A stretch of 32,000 bases of DNA, from positions 1,837,302-1,869,301 of the forward strand of contig CBDCUS010000013.1 of the NCBI GenBank assembly GCA_965222815.1. Reading direction: 5' to 3'. Each line of letters opens with the position of its first letter. Position 1 is the stretch's first letter. This document shows positions 14,861 to 24,968 of the stretch, piece by piece. Position numbers and translations under genes: made by a program. The notes beneath the pieces are model-generated. The model did not search any database, was not told where the DNA came from, and saw only the letters and a list, made by a program, of their open reading frames with translations. This DNA comes from Candidatus Scalinduaceae bacterium. GTDB taxonomy: Bacteria > Planctomycetota > Brocadiia > Brocadiales > Scalinduaceae.

Positions 14861-15106
14861 TTGTCCACACAGGAAGGTTCAATAGAAGAGAGAGTAAAAG
14901 AGATTATTACGAAACAGATGGATATAAGCAAAGAGCAAGTAACTCTGGAAACATCCTTTGTCAACGATTTAGGTGCTGATTCTCTTGATACCGTAGAGCT
15001 TGTTATGGAGTTCGAGGATGCATTCAACATTAATATCCCTGATGAAGAAGCGGAAAAGATTCAGACGGTAGGGGATGCAGTCAAATATATTGAGGAGCAC
15101 AAATAA
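14861..15106 (+). CDS. acpP: Acyl carrier protein
   Basis: [16 protein letters not shown] phosphopantetheine-attachment motif. TTG start with AAGGAGGG upstream. Confidence 0.9.
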   Translation: MSTQEGSIEERVKEIITKQMDISKEQVTLETSFVNDLGADSLDTVELVMEFEDAFNINIPDEEAEKIQTVGDAVKYIEEHK

Positions 15107-15111
15107 CGGAA

Positions 15112-16356
15112 ATGGCACGTCGCGTAGTAATAACAGGTCTTGGCGCGATAACCCCTTTAGGTCAAGATAAGAAAGAGCTCTGGTCTGCTCTATGTAATGG
15201 TAAAAGTGGAATTGGTGACGTAACAGCTTTTGATACATCGCAACATGAAGTTCGCATTGCTGGTGAGATAAAGGATTTTGACCCAAGCCAATGGTTTAAC
15301 ATTAAACAAGAGCGAAGATTGGATAGGTTTGCTCAATTTGCAGGTGCAGCAGCAATCCTTGCTGTTAAGGACTCTGGAATTGATTTTGATAAGGCAGATC
15401 GTAACAGAGCAGGTACTATTATTGGCACAGGGATAGGAGGAATACTAGAAATAGAGACACAACACAAGGTTCTCCTATCTAAAGGACCTTCTCGTGTCTC
15501 CCCTTTCATGATTCCCAAGCTCATGGCAAACGCTGCTCCTGGCCAGATAGCGATACTGTTCGATATTCGTGCTACCAACTTTTCCATTATCACTGCATGC
15601 GCTTCCGGAACCCACGCAATAGCTGAAGCTTTCCGATCGATCAAAAGTGGAATAACAGATGTTATGATCACAGGTGGTACTGAAGCAACCATCACCCCTC
15701 TCTGTATGAGTGCCTTTCAAAATATGAAGGCACTATCCAAACAAAACGGCACACCGCAGAAGGCAAGCAGACCATTTGATAAGGAGAGAGACGGGTTTGT
15801 AATATCAGAAGGTTCTGGCATCATTGTACTAGAAGATCTCGAATTTGCAAAAAAGAGAAATGCTCATATTTATGCTGAGATGCTTGGATACGCTATGAGT
15901 GATGATGCATATCACATCGCAGCACCACACCCAAAGGGGAATGGTGCCTATATAGCGATGCAAAATGCCTTAAATGATGCACAACTAAACGCAGATCAGA
16001 TATCTTATATTAACGCTCACGCGACCTCTACGCCGATGGGAGACGAGATCGAAGTCGATGCTATCAAGAGGGTTTTTGGTGATTCTGCAAAAAACCTCTC
16101 CGTGAGTTCTACAAAATCAATGCTCGGCCACCAATTGGGAGCTGCAGGGGGTACCGAAACATTGATATCTGCTCTGGTAATTGAAAACGGCATTATCCCG
16201 CCAACGATCAATTATGAAAAACCTGATCCTTCATGTTGCGGTTTAGATTTCGTTCCAAATGTGGCGAAAGAGAAGGAGGTCGAGTATATCATGTCTAACT
16301 CTTTTGGTTTTGGGGGGCATAATATAAGTATTATCTTGGGAAAATTTTCAAGTTAA
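15112..16356 (+). CDS. fabF: 3-oxoacyl-ACP synthase II
   Basis: KAS I/II fold: ITACASG active-site Cys, NAHATST and GFGGHN motifs. 414 aa. Confidence 0.9.
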   Translation: MARRVVITGLGAITPLGQDKKELWSALCNGKSGIGDVTAFDTSQHEVRIAGEIKDFDPSQWFNIKQERRLDRFAQFAGAAAILAVKDSGIDFDKADRNRAGTIIGTGIGGILEIETQHKVLLSKGPSRVSPFMIPKLMANAAPGQIAILFDIRATNFSIITACASGTHAIAEAFRSIKSGITDVMITGGTEATITPLCMSAFQNMKALSKQNGTPQKASRPFDKERDGFVISEGSGIIVLEDLEFAKKRNAHIYAEMLGYAMSDDAYHIAAPHPKGNGAYIAMQNALNDAQLNADQISYINAHATSTPMGDEIEVDAIKRVFGDSAKNLSVSSTKSMLGHQLGAAGGTETLISALVIENGIIPPTINYEKPDPSCCGLDFVPNVAKEKEVEYIMSNSFGFGGHNISIILGKFSS

Positions 16357-16575
16357 CACTGTAGTTTTTTTTTAATTTAGACTCTTTCAGATACGAAAAA
16401 AAAATTGAGTCAATTACCTCTTTCGTTGCTTACCAGACCTTGAAGTTTTATCTGCAGGAAAATTTTCATCCTTTCATCCAAAAGCTTGAATTCCGGAAAA
16501 TTTGCAGGAGCAGCCCCTACCCAATTATTGCATTTAGGTGTAGGGAGACTACTCCTACGGGGGGAAGATGCTTTC

Positions 16576-18540
16576 CTATTTTTTGGAAGATGGTTTGTGG
16601 CTTAGCTCAATAACGCTCGATTCACTAGGTAGGATTTCCTCTATATTCTCAACATATGCTTTAACTTTATGTTTTACTCCGTATTTCGGCAATATCTCAC
16701 CGCGAAGAAAATCCAAAAGATGCTCGACATTAGTCGGTTCTGTCAAGATTTCTAAACGCAATCGTTTACTTGATACAGCTCCAACACCTCCGCACCCAAT
16801 GATCGTAAAATCATTTACCCCGTGGTAGATCAATTCATGTTCAAGAATGGCTTGTAGCTCTGAATTTGCAAAAACAAGGATGCGCTTTACCTTCAGAAAT
16901 CCCCGCTTGCGTGTAGAGAGAGGATGAGCAGACATCGCACTGTGACTCTCTAATCCAATAACTTCAAGTGTGAGATTGTTTTGCTTGAACATCTCTTCCA
17001 TTTCGTGAAGCTTCTCCATCACACTGTGATCTACCATACTGGTTTCTGACAACTCTACTATTACGTTTTTATTTTGAAATAATCCATACCGTTCTATTTG
17101 CCTCTTGAATGGGATCCAATTACTGAAAGCAACCGACTCTCTGGCTCTTATAGTGCAGGTCTTTTTATCTAAATTGCTGACACCAATATTCGGAATAAAG
17201 AGGGAGCGCATTGATGCCCCATTAATTATATGTGTGCCAAAATTGACTATAATACCGATAGCAATTCCAATAATCAAGTCGGTTGCCAATACGGCTATAA
17301 TGGTGACAACGAAAATGATCAATTGCTCCTTTCCTATCTTTAACACATCAGAATATTCGCGGGGCGCAGTCAATTGAAAACCGGTGTAGACAAGCATTGC
17401 AGCCAGGGCGGCAAGTGGAATCTGATTGAGTAAAAAGGGTACCAATGCAACAAAAATGAGCAAAAATAGCCCATGGTACATATCCGCAAAACGGGTCCTC
17501 GCACCATTGTCAATGTTTGCCTTGCTGCGAACAATCTCAGAGATCATGGGAAGGCCTCCAACAAAGGCACAAGTAGTATTTGCAATGCCAACGGCAAACA
17601 GGTCTCGATCAAGGTTGGTTTTTCTTTTCCATGGATCTATGGTATCAACAGCAGTTGCGCTGAGTAGAGACTCAAGGCTGCCAATTAGGGTGAACATGAT
17701 CACCCACTTCCACCCAGCGAAAGTCTGGAGTGACGAAAAATCTGGATGGGTAATAGCCGTGAACATATTGTTCGGAACGTTCACCAGGTACTCTTTACCC
17801 AGCTTGTATTCGTGCCCTTCAAAAGAGTACACGTGTTCGTGAGCGATACCAAAATAGAACCCCAATGGTACGGCAAACATCAACACTAACATAGGAGTAG
17901 GTACCATCTGTACGTATCTGTTTTTGATGAATGGTTTGCCAAACATAATGAATAGGCTGCCAAAACCAATTGCAGCTATGCACGGGTTCATATGGATAAT
18001 CTTTGCAGGAATAGAAACAAGGAGTTCCAACGGTTCGCCTTCGGCATGACTACCCATTGCAATGGGAAACTGTTTGAGAATAATAATTATGCCAATTGAG
18101 GCCAACATCCCATGCACCACCGAGAGAGGAAAAAACTCACCTAAAGAGCCAACACGAAACAGACCGAATAAAATCTGAATACATCCGGCGGCAACACCGA
18201 TTCCCAACACGAGTTGATATGCGTGGAGGTCAGCAGCGGGATCTTTGCCAGCGGTAAACCCAAATTCGGTAATTGCCCCGATGGCAATTACGATTAATCC
18301 GGCAGCTGGGCCCTTGATTGTGAGTTCTGAGTCGCTGAGAAAAGTAGTGAGAATAGCACCAATAATGGCGGTAAAAATACCCGCAATTGCTGGGTACCCA
18401 CATGCAAGGGAAATACCCAGACAGAGAGGGAGTGCAATTAGGAAAACCAGGAATCCTGAAATCAGGTCATTCCTAAAGTTCTCCTTTAAACCCGCGAATC
18501 CACTCTTAGGAACTTGTCGATCAAAATCTTCGTTTGTCAA
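16576..18540 (-). CDS. SulP-family anion transporter with STAS domain and an extra ~110-aa C-terminal domain
   Basis: SulP N-terminal signature (ISGFLVFLIALPLCLGISLA.GYP), multiple TM segments, then a STAS-like segment (TCTIRARESVAFSN...LTLEVIGL). An additional C-terminal region follows (KVKRILVFANSELQAILEHELIYHGVNDFTII...). TTG start. Confidence 0.75.
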   Translation of the reverse strand: MTNEDFDRQVPKSGFAGLKENFRNDLISGFLVFLIALPLCLGISLACGYPAIAGIFTAIIGAILTTFLSDSELTIKGPAAGLIVIAIGAITEFGFTAGKDPAADLHAYQLVLGIGVAAGCIQILFGLFRVGSLGEFFPLSVVHGMLASIGIIIILKQFPIAMGSHAEGEPLELLVSIPAKIIHMNPCIAAIGFGSLFIMFGKPFIKNRYVQMVPTPMLVLMFAVPLGFYFGIAHEHVYSFEGHEYKLGKEYLVNVPNNMFTAITHPDFSSLQTFAGWKWVIMFTLIGSLESLLSATAVDTIDPWKRKTNLDRDLFAVGIANTTCAFVGGLPMISEIVRSKANIDNGARTRFADMYHGLFLLIFVALVPFLLNQIPLAALAAMLVYTGFQLTAPREYSDVLKIGKEQLIIFVVTIIAVLATDLIIGIAIGIIVNFGTHIINGASMRSLFIPNIGVSNLDKKTCTIRARESVAFSNWIPFKRQIERYGLFQNKNVIVELSETSMVDHSVMEKLHEMEEMFKQNNLTLEVIGLESHSAMSAHPLSTRKRGFLKVKRILVFANSELQAILEHELIYHGVNDFTIIGCGGVGAVSSKRLRLEILTEPTNVEHLLDFLRGEILPKYGVKHKVKAYVENIEEILPSESSVIELSHKPSSKK

Positions 18541-19098
18541 TTAAGCACCTATCTTTCGTACATACGTAAGTCCACACTGTTTTTCAAAAAACCTTTTCAT
18601 ATGGGTCATTCTATCAGTATAAATTTAAGTGTCTTTTATTCACCATTAACTACCGTTACTTACCCTTTAAGACTCTAAAATAACGATAATTACCGAGATT
18701 CACGGTAGTGAGATTCTAGCCATTTTCAGTGTAATCCCGGAGGATTTCTATGAGTATTTGGAAGAACGCAATTTATGTACCCAATTATCTTGCTCAAATG
18801 CTAGAAATTAGTAAGTATCTTTAAAATTAACACTTATGTAAAGTATAGTAATTGAAGGAAAAATATTTTATTTCGCGCACTTCTGGAGTACGAAAAATTT
18901 TCTCATTTCAAAAGTTTAGAAAGAAAATTGGTGAAAGATTTTCTGCATGAGATATTAATGATAAAAACAACGAGCATAAATAATCATAGTAAAAGAGTTG
19001 TTTAACCTATTAACGTTATTATGAAAAAAGTAATCGTTGTTTTTTAAAATAATGAAAAAAAGTTCTTTTCAACCGCTAAATAAGGTTTCTCTATCCAT

Positions 19099-19114
19099 TG
19101 TGATAGATATCACA
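19099..19114. promoter_or_regulatory. Palindrome TGTGATA-GA-TATCACA, possible operator
   Basis: Perfect 7-bp arms, 82 nt upstream of the 19196 start, in a 655-bp AT-rich divergent intergenic region. Confidence 0.25.
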
Positions 19115-19195
19115 TACAGGGTCTGAAAAAAATGCTATTTTCACTCTGCTACTCAAGCCTGTTTAAAAGAGTCATCTTTTTGAAAGGAGTTAAAA

Positions 19196-20740
19196 ATGCA
19201 AGAAATTATTAATAAAATAATTGATCCGATAACTAACTTGGTAGGTGGCTATCTCCCCAGTATCGGTGCCGCCATTGCTATCTTAATTATTGGGTGGTTT
19301 GTCGCATTTATCGCATCAAAGATAATCCGTGGAATTTTTCGTCGAACAAAGCTAGATAGTAAGCTAACTGAGTGGCTGGGTGGAAAAGAGAGAGGGAAGG
19401 GCATCAATATAGCTAATGGAGTTTCCAAAGGGGTATTTTACCTCATAATGATCTTCGTTCTGGTTGCATTCTTTCAGACTCTTGGTATAACGCAAATTAC
19501 AGAACCACTCAACAATTTTTTGAACCAACTGTTTGAGTATGCCCCTAAGCTGTTAGGTGCTGGCGGATTATTACTGGTTGCATGGATTGTCGCTACGGTT
19601 CTTCGAGCGATCGTTTCAAAACTTCTCGGTGCTACAAAAATTGATGAACACTTTGGAGGGAAGGCCGGGTTTGAGGAGGAGAAGGCTATTCCCCTTACTA
19701 AGTCTCTTTCAGATGCAGTGTATTGGCTGGTTTTTCTTTTTTTCCTTCCCGCAATTTTAAGTGCTCTTGAACTTGTAGGGATTCTTGAACCTGTCCAGGG
19801 AATGCTTGATAAGATTCTTGGATTTTTACCTAATATATTATCAGCAGCTATCATCTTTCTAGTTGGCTGGTTTGTTGCCCGTATTATCCAGAAAGTTGTA
19901 ACAAATTTGCTAATTGCTATCGGTACGGACAAACTTCCTGAGAAGGTGGGAATAACGAATATCCTTGGAAAACAGGGATTATCTGGGACCATAGGTATGA
20001 TACTCTATATTTTTATCTTAATACCTGTTTTAGTAGCTGCTTTGAATGCCCTGAATATTGAGGCTGTCGCGCGACCTGCCAGCGATATGTTGAACTCAAT
20101 CCTTTTGGCGCTCCCCAATATCTTCGCAGCTGGTATTGTACTAGCAATTAGCTATATGGTGGGACGTATTGTAGCAAGTTTGATTACCGATCTGCTCTCC
20201 GGAGTCGGTTTCAACTCTCTCTTTGTTTGGTTGGGCTTAAGAACGGAGCCTACCGAGGGTGGAAAGTCTCCATCATCCATGGCTGGATATTTGGTACTAG
20301 TAATTATTATGTTTTTTGCGGTCATTGAAGCTACCGGACTGCTTGGGTTTAATGAATTATCTGATCTGATATCACAGCTCACGGTCTTTGTCAGTCATAT
20401 CACCTTTGGTATCGTTATATTTGCCATTGGGCTCTTTTTAGCAAATTTTATATCGAAGACCGTGAAAGAGACTGGTGTTGTTCAAGCAGAATTGCTGGCC
20501 ATGGTTGCAAAAATAGGAACTATTGTCTTGGTTGGAGCCATCGCCTTAAGGCAAATGGGACTGGCTAACGAGATTATCGTTTTAGCATTTGGTCTCATCC
20601 TTGGTGCACTGGCAATAGCAGTTGCAATCGCTATAGGCGTTGGAGGGCGTGGAATAGCTGCACGAGAATTGGAAGAGTGGGTAAGCTCATTTAAAACGAA
20701 AAAGTCGACCAAGCGTAAAGGGGAAATCCATGCATCTTAA
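19196..20740 (+). CDS. Conserved-TM-helix repeat membrane protein (MscS N-terminal-type helices, about five repeats)
   Basis: A helix motif of the form xxIIxxIGWFVAxxxxKxxxxxL recurs. Examples: ILIIGWFVAFIASKIIRGIF, LLVAWIVATVLRAIVSKLL, IFLVGWFVARIIQKVVTNLL, ISYMVGRIVASLITDLL, FAIGLFLANFISKTVKE. AAAGGAG Shine-Dalgarno sequence. Confidence 0.6.
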   Translation: MQEIINKIIDPITNLVGGYLPSIGAAIAILIIGWFVAFIASKIIRGIFRRTKLDSKLTEWLGGKERGKGINIANGVSKGVFYLIMIFVLVAFFQTLGITQITEPLNNFLNQLFEYAPKLLGAGGLLLVAWIVATVLRAIVSKLLGATKIDEHFGGKAGFEEEKAIPLTKSLSDAVYWLVFLFFLPAILSALELVGILEPVQGMLDKILGFLPNILSAAIIFLVGWFVARIIQKVVTNLLIAIGTDKLPEKVGITNILGKQGLSGTIGMILYIFILIPVLVAALNALNIEAVARPASDMLNSILLALPNIFAAGIVLAISYMVGRIVASLITDLLSGVGFNSLFVWLGLRTEPTEGGKSPSSMAGYLVLVIIMFFAVIEATGLLGFNELSDLISQLTVFVSHITFGIVIFAIGLFLANFISKTVKETGVVQAELLAMVAKIGTIVLVGAIALRQMGLANEIIVLAFGLILGALAIAVAIAIGVGGRGIAARELEEWVSSFKTKKSTKRKGEIHAS

Positions 20741-20983
20741 TATATTGAAAGATAAAGTGAAATAGGCCAATAAATGGAATTTCTATGCTTGAGCAATTTA
20801 ATGTCAAAAATAAAAAAAATATGTGTATAATATTTGGAGGAAAGGAATCGATATCAAAAGTACCAAAACTCGTTTGGGCTATTAAGCCGAATGAGTAAAT
20901 GCAAAGAGTATCCTAGGGCGCCAGAATAGTGCATTAGGAGACTCTTAATTAGAGCAACTTTTTAGAAAAAGGAGGGTAGTTTT

Positions 20984-21067
20984 ATGAGCTTACGGAGAAT
21001 TATTATCATTGCAATCTGTGTTTGTATCTTTCCCATAGGACTGATCTCACTCTTTTGGTGGAGATAA
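20984..21067 (+). CDS. Possible 27-aa hydrophobic peptide (MSLRRIIIIAICVCIFPIGLISLFWWR)
   Basis: Below the ORF-track size cutoff. A strong AAAGGAGGG lies 7 nt upstream of the ATG. It has a single TM-like helix. Confidence 0.35.
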   Translation: MSLRRIIIIAICVCIFPIGLISLFWWR

Positions 21068-21392
21068 AAATTGTGGGAATTGGCCCTTTATTCGTTTGCT
21101 GTTAAGAGGAAACAGTCCGAGGCTGGTATAAGTGACTCTGCTTATGCCAGCCTACATATATAGTAAGGTCCATTATGGATATTGCTCTCTTCCTAACCTG
21201 TAACATGGGGAAGAGAACATCGGCCAAGATTGCATCAACAATTTAGTCTATCCACATTCAGCAATGAGAGACGCTCCAACACCCATAGTTGGCTACCATT
21301 TGCGTACCTTGTGCTCGGTTTCGGAACCAGTTCTCTATAACTCCCGTTGGATTCTGACGTGGAGAGGTGTGGACCTTATCAAATAGTTGCAA

Positions 21393-22220
21393 TTACTCAT
21401 CCAGATTCTGAAACATTTTTTTCATGCTCTCAAAAGCTTCCATAGCTTTTTCCATATCGGGCATTTCATCAGCCATTACCCCTGGATCGAGCTCGTTATT
21501 TGGCTGCCTGCCACTCCCTTCATCACCCTCCCGGTTTTCAGCCATATTTTTCTGTGCATTTATCTGTCCCATAATATTTCCTATATCGGGAGCATCGACT
21601 ATTTTCACCCCTTTTGGTAATCTGATATCTTTTTCCGCAAATGAGACACCCTCCTCAAAGCGCACCGCTTCGGTCTTCACCTTCATTGCTCCCATGTTTG
21701 TCTCCGATTTTACCGGAAATTTTTTGTGAAACCAAACGGTAGTAAAAAGTTGGGCAAACTCTATTACATCACACTTAAATCCTAAAAAATCTTCTGCTCG
21801 AACCTTTTTACCACCCCACTTCTTAAGTGCTTCCTCACTATACACATACTGTTTGTTCCCTTTATTCATGCCCTCTAAAACTTCCGAAATATCTATTTTT
21901 GTCGCCTGATTCGCCTTAGGATCATAATTGTAGACAACATTTTCATTACGATCGGTATATGTGATACTCTCATGTTTCTGTTCAATACCCAGCATCTTAA
22001 TGGTACTGGAGCTGTGGCGTGCCTCATACTCACCCCACTTATCAATACGTACGATCTCCGTGATCACATTGCTCATCGGGTCTACTGTCCTCAGCTCTAC
22101 CTCTGCAGATTTAAAGCCGTAAATCTTCTGAGCCGAGTAGACCCTCTCACTCATTCCAGTTACCAAGAGAGCAATAATTGTCACGGATAGAACACTCAAC
22201 ACTCCTCCTCTTCTTTTCAT
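21393..22220 (-). CDS. Exported hypothetical protein, 275 aa, acidic C-terminal tail
   Basis: Signal-peptide-like N-terminus (MKRRGGVLSVLSVTIIALLVTG). AAGGAGGAGGGG Shine-Dalgarno sequence. I recognise no family. Confidence 0.65.
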   Translation of the reverse strand: MKRRGGVLSVLSVTIIALLVTGMSERVYSAQKIYGFKSAEVELRTVDPMSNVITEIVRIDKWGEYEARHSSSTIKMLGIEQKHESITYTDRNENVVYNYDPKANQATKIDISEVLEGMNKGNKQYVYSEEALKKWGGKKVRAEDFLGFKCDVIEFAQLFTTVWFHKKFPVKSETNMGAMKVKTEAVRFEEGVSFAEKDIRLPKGVKIVDAPDIGNIMGQINAQKNMAENREGDEGSGRQPNNELDPGVMADEMPDMEKAMEAFESMKKMFQNLDE

Positions 22221-22427
22221 CCCCTCCTCCTTTCTTGAAAAAAGTTTCGAAATAAGATCGGCTCAAACGAAATAGTCTCACCGAAAAAGCTATCCACACG
22301 CAGTAATCTTTACATAAATTTTCTTCTTTTACCATGTTTTTGTCTTATAATCAATTGTTTTACCAGGAGTTATTGTAATGTTGTTTGTGACTATTGTAAG
22401 AGAGACAGACCTGAAAGGGGTTATTTA

Positions 22428-23000
22428 ATGATTGCATATTCGAGGAAGAGGCTATTAATACTGATAGTTCTCACAGAGGGTTTTGTGCTCCTTTTGGCCA
22501 TAATCCTTTCGCATCTCTTTGGCATTCGGTTGCTCCCACTGACAGTTGATATTACGGGAGATTTGGTATTGGGCACCATTGGGGCACTCTTCCCACTAGC
22601 ACTCTTTGCTCTTCTCCTTACAAAAAAGGCTGAAAAACTTCACCTATTTAGCTCTCTCAGAAAAATCATCATTAATGATATTAAGGTACTCTTTACCAAT
22701 ACACACCTCCTGGATATTTTTCTCATTTCTGCTCTAGCAGGTATTGCTGAAGAGCTCCTGTTTCGGGGATTCATTCAGCCAAAGATTGGGATTCTTTGGG
22801 CAAGTGTAATTTTTGGAGTCTTACACTGTTTATCTCCTGCCTATTTTGTAATTGCCACAATTATGGGATTCTATTTAGGATTTTTATGCGATTATTACCA
22901 GAGTCTCCTTATTCCTATTCAACTCCATTTTATGTATGATTTGGGAGTATTGGCTCTCCTCAAATATTGTGTAAACGGCAATTTTGTAAAAAGCAGTTGA
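22428..23000 (+). CDS. CPBP-family intramembrane glutamic endopeptidase (CAAX protease-like)
   Basis: EExxxR motif in GIAEELLFRGF, FxxxH motif in IFGVLH, and multiple TM helices. Confidence 0.8.
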   Translation: MIAYSRKRLLILIVLTEGFVLLLAIILSHLFGIRLLPLTVDITGDLVLGTIGALFPLALFALLLTKKAEKLHLFSSLRKIIINDIKVLFTNTHLLDIFLISALAGIAEELLFRGFIQPKIGILWASVIFGVLHCLSPAYFVIATIMGFYLGFLCDYYQSLLIPIQLHFMYDLGVLALLKYCVNGNFVKSS

Positions 23001-23045
23001 TAGTTTTCGCGTTGGTCTATATAATTGCAACTTTTACTATAATTA

Positions 23046-23170
23046 GTGTTTATCGAAAATCACCCATCTACCGCGTTGCTGTAACAATTTCGTAATCCTC
23101 AAGTACTATGGTACGATCCGGTTACGAATTTGTTACGCATCTTGTACCTGGCTAGTTTTGGTTCAAACAC
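23046..23170 (+). repeat. Palindromic TIR element, copy R2 (125 bp)
   Basis: Colinear with R3 across its whole length. The termini are degenerate: GTGTTTATCGAAAATCACCCA / TGGCTAGTTTTGGTTCAAACAC. It starts 45 nt after the CPBP stop. Confidence 0.7.
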
Positions 23171-23244
23171 AGGGTTTTCATTCAAGCACTAATTAGTTAA
23201 AAGGTTACCTTTTTAGCATTTCATGAAAAATTGATGAGGATCAT

Positions 23245-24948
23245 ATGGCTGCAACGAATTGGTTTCGAAGGAACCAGAAAAAACTCCTTGGTGGTTTAGT
23301 GGTATTCTTAATGGCAATTTGGGGGATTGGGCCTGGAATTAACTATTTGGTCCCAAAACCTTCAATGGGAAGAATTTTTGGTGAAAAAATTTCTCAGGAA
23401 GAGTTTAATGATACCGTTGTCCGCTGGGCGCGAGTATTCTTTAGAGATTCTAAGGAGCAGATTTCCCAGGAGGTGTGGCAACAAATGGCACTTGTACACC
23501 TTTCTGAAAAAATGGGTGTTTACGTGACAAATGAGGAGCTTGCACAGGAAATTCAGCGGTTGTTTCCCTTCGGCCAAGAGATGTTCTCCAACCGTGAGGG
23601 GTATCAGCGTATGATCGGATCGATATTCCGTATGACCGAATATCAGTTTGAGAAAACCATTAGAGAGTTTTTATTGGCCCAAAAGTTAAGATATCTACTC
23701 AAGGATTCGATCAAAATTACCAAGGAAGAGGCTTTTCAACGATATGCAAAGGAGCACGAACAGGTTAAGATTAAGTATGTCACCCTACCGGCAAAAGATT
23801 TTGTGAATTCTGTGGAGATAGACCCGGAAGAGGTTAAATCTTTCTATGAAAAGCATAGCGGCAATTTCCCCAATAAAGAGGAAGGGGTTTGGGGATATAA
23901 AGAGCCTGAGAAGGTCAAACTAGAATATGTTATTGCAAGTTATGATGCGATACAAAACGAGATTACCATTCCAGATGAAGAACTTCTCAAGTACTATGAG
24001 GAAAATAAAGTTGAGTTGTTCAAGGAGGTTGTTTCTGATGTAGAAGAGCCGGGTGATACTTCTGATACTGAAGAGCAAAACACAACTTCAGAACCAAAGT
24101 TTAGGCCTTTTGATGATGTGAAGGGACAAATACTTATCACCCTGAAGCGACAGAAAAGTGAAGCTCTTGCAAATAAGAAGATAGGGGATGCTGATAACGA
24201 AATATACGATATGATCGATAATAACGAGTTTATAGGTTTTGCCAAGCTTGCAGAGAAGTTCGGATTATCATACGTGTTACCTACAAACCCAAACGATGGA
24301 ACTAATTACTTTGCCAGAGAAGATCTGGATACGGTAGTCCTTGGTCTTATTCAACTCCCACAGCTCGTCTTTGAAAGGGATGTAAATGACCCTTCACCCC
24401 CGATTAGTTCTCCAGAGGGACCGCTTATGTTTCGGGTTATAGAAAAAATTGAACCTGAAATACCGCCATTTGAAGAGATTAAAGATAAGGTCTTAGAAGA
24501 TCTTAAGCAAGAGAAGGCCCATAAAATTGCCCAAGAGCTCGCAGAAAAATGTATTGAAAAGATCAATCAATCAACATTTGAGGATGGTGTGAAATCTATT
24601 GAGGATAAGACTGGGGAGCTAAAAATAGTAGAAACTGACTATTTTAAGAGACCCGGTATCATTGGTGAAAATAGCTATATGAGTGTTGTCGGTCAGGACA
24701 AACCGGAACTTGCCACTATGGTTTTCGGTCTTGAAGTTGGAGAGTCAGCTACAGCAGTTAAAGATAAAGGAGAACGTACCTGTTACCTCGTAACCTTAGT
24801 CGATAGGAAGAAGAGCGATCCTGCTGAATTTGAGAAAGAGAAAGAGTCGATAATGGCAAAGTATCTGACAGAGAAGCAATATACCTTTTTGTTGGAATGG
24901 GAACCGTGGTTAAGTCAGAAGACTCAATTAGGGAAAGATAAAAGCTAA
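23245..24948 (+). CDS. PpiD/SurA-N-like periplasmic chaperone, membrane-anchored
   Basis: N-terminal anchor (KKLLGGLVVFLMAIWGIGPGINYL) followed by a long helical/acidic region, as in PpiD-type proteins. I cannot see a clear parvulin signature. Confidence 0.5.
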   Translation: MAATNWFRRNQKKLLGGLVVFLMAIWGIGPGINYLVPKPSMGRIFGEKISQEEFNDTVVRWARVFFRDSKEQISQEVWQQMALVHLSEKMGVYVTNEELAQEIQRLFPFGQEMFSNREGYQRMIGSIFRMTEYQFEKTIREFLLAQKLRYLLKDSIKITKEEAFQRYAKEHEQVKIKYVTLPAKDFVNSVEIDPEEVKSFYEKHSGNFPNKEEGVWGYKEPEKVKLEYVIASYDAIQNEITIPDEELLKYYEENKVELFKEVVSDVEEPGDTSDTEEQNTTSEPKFRPFDDVKGQILITLKRQKSEALANKKIGDADNEIYDMIDNNEFIGFAKLAEKFGLSYVLPTNPNDGTNYFAREDLDTVVLGLIQLPQLVFERDVNDPSPPISSPEGPLMFRVIEKIEPEIPPFEEIKDKVLEDLKQEKAHKIAQELAEKCIEKINQSTFEDGVKSIEDKTGELKIVETDYFKRPGIIGENSYMSVVGQDKPELATMVFGLEVGESATAVKDKGERTCYLVTLVDRKKSDPAEFEKEKESIMAKYLTEKQYTFLLEWEPWLSQKTQLGKDKS

Positions 24949-24968
24949 ATTCAGACAGAGAGGATACT

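Noticed and set aside
16357-16420. T9 ... A9 tracts after fabF as a possible terminator or bidirectional hairpin. A CCCCTAC/GTAGGG hairpin cluster at about 16505-16565 was also considered.
   Set aside because: A-T-only pairing with a ~22-nt loop is too weak to call. The GC hairpins lack flanking U tracts on either strand. Neither is reported as a feature.
19474-19992. Long antisense or shadow ORFs in the track. Examples: 19474-19992, 13676-14092, 28867-29331, 12019-12393, 12342-12617, 12642-12993, 15333-15720, 17105-17842, 10846-11181 and 25250-25594. The small overlapping ORFs inside cassette genes (1604-1828, 2416-2691, 2789-3207, 3348-3554, 4540-4907, 5161-5373, 5699-5893) belong to the same group.
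   Set aside because: Each lies opposite to, or out of frame within, a gene with strong family motifs. They have low-complexity or atypical composition and no Shine-Dalgarno sequence. I treat them as non-coding shadows.
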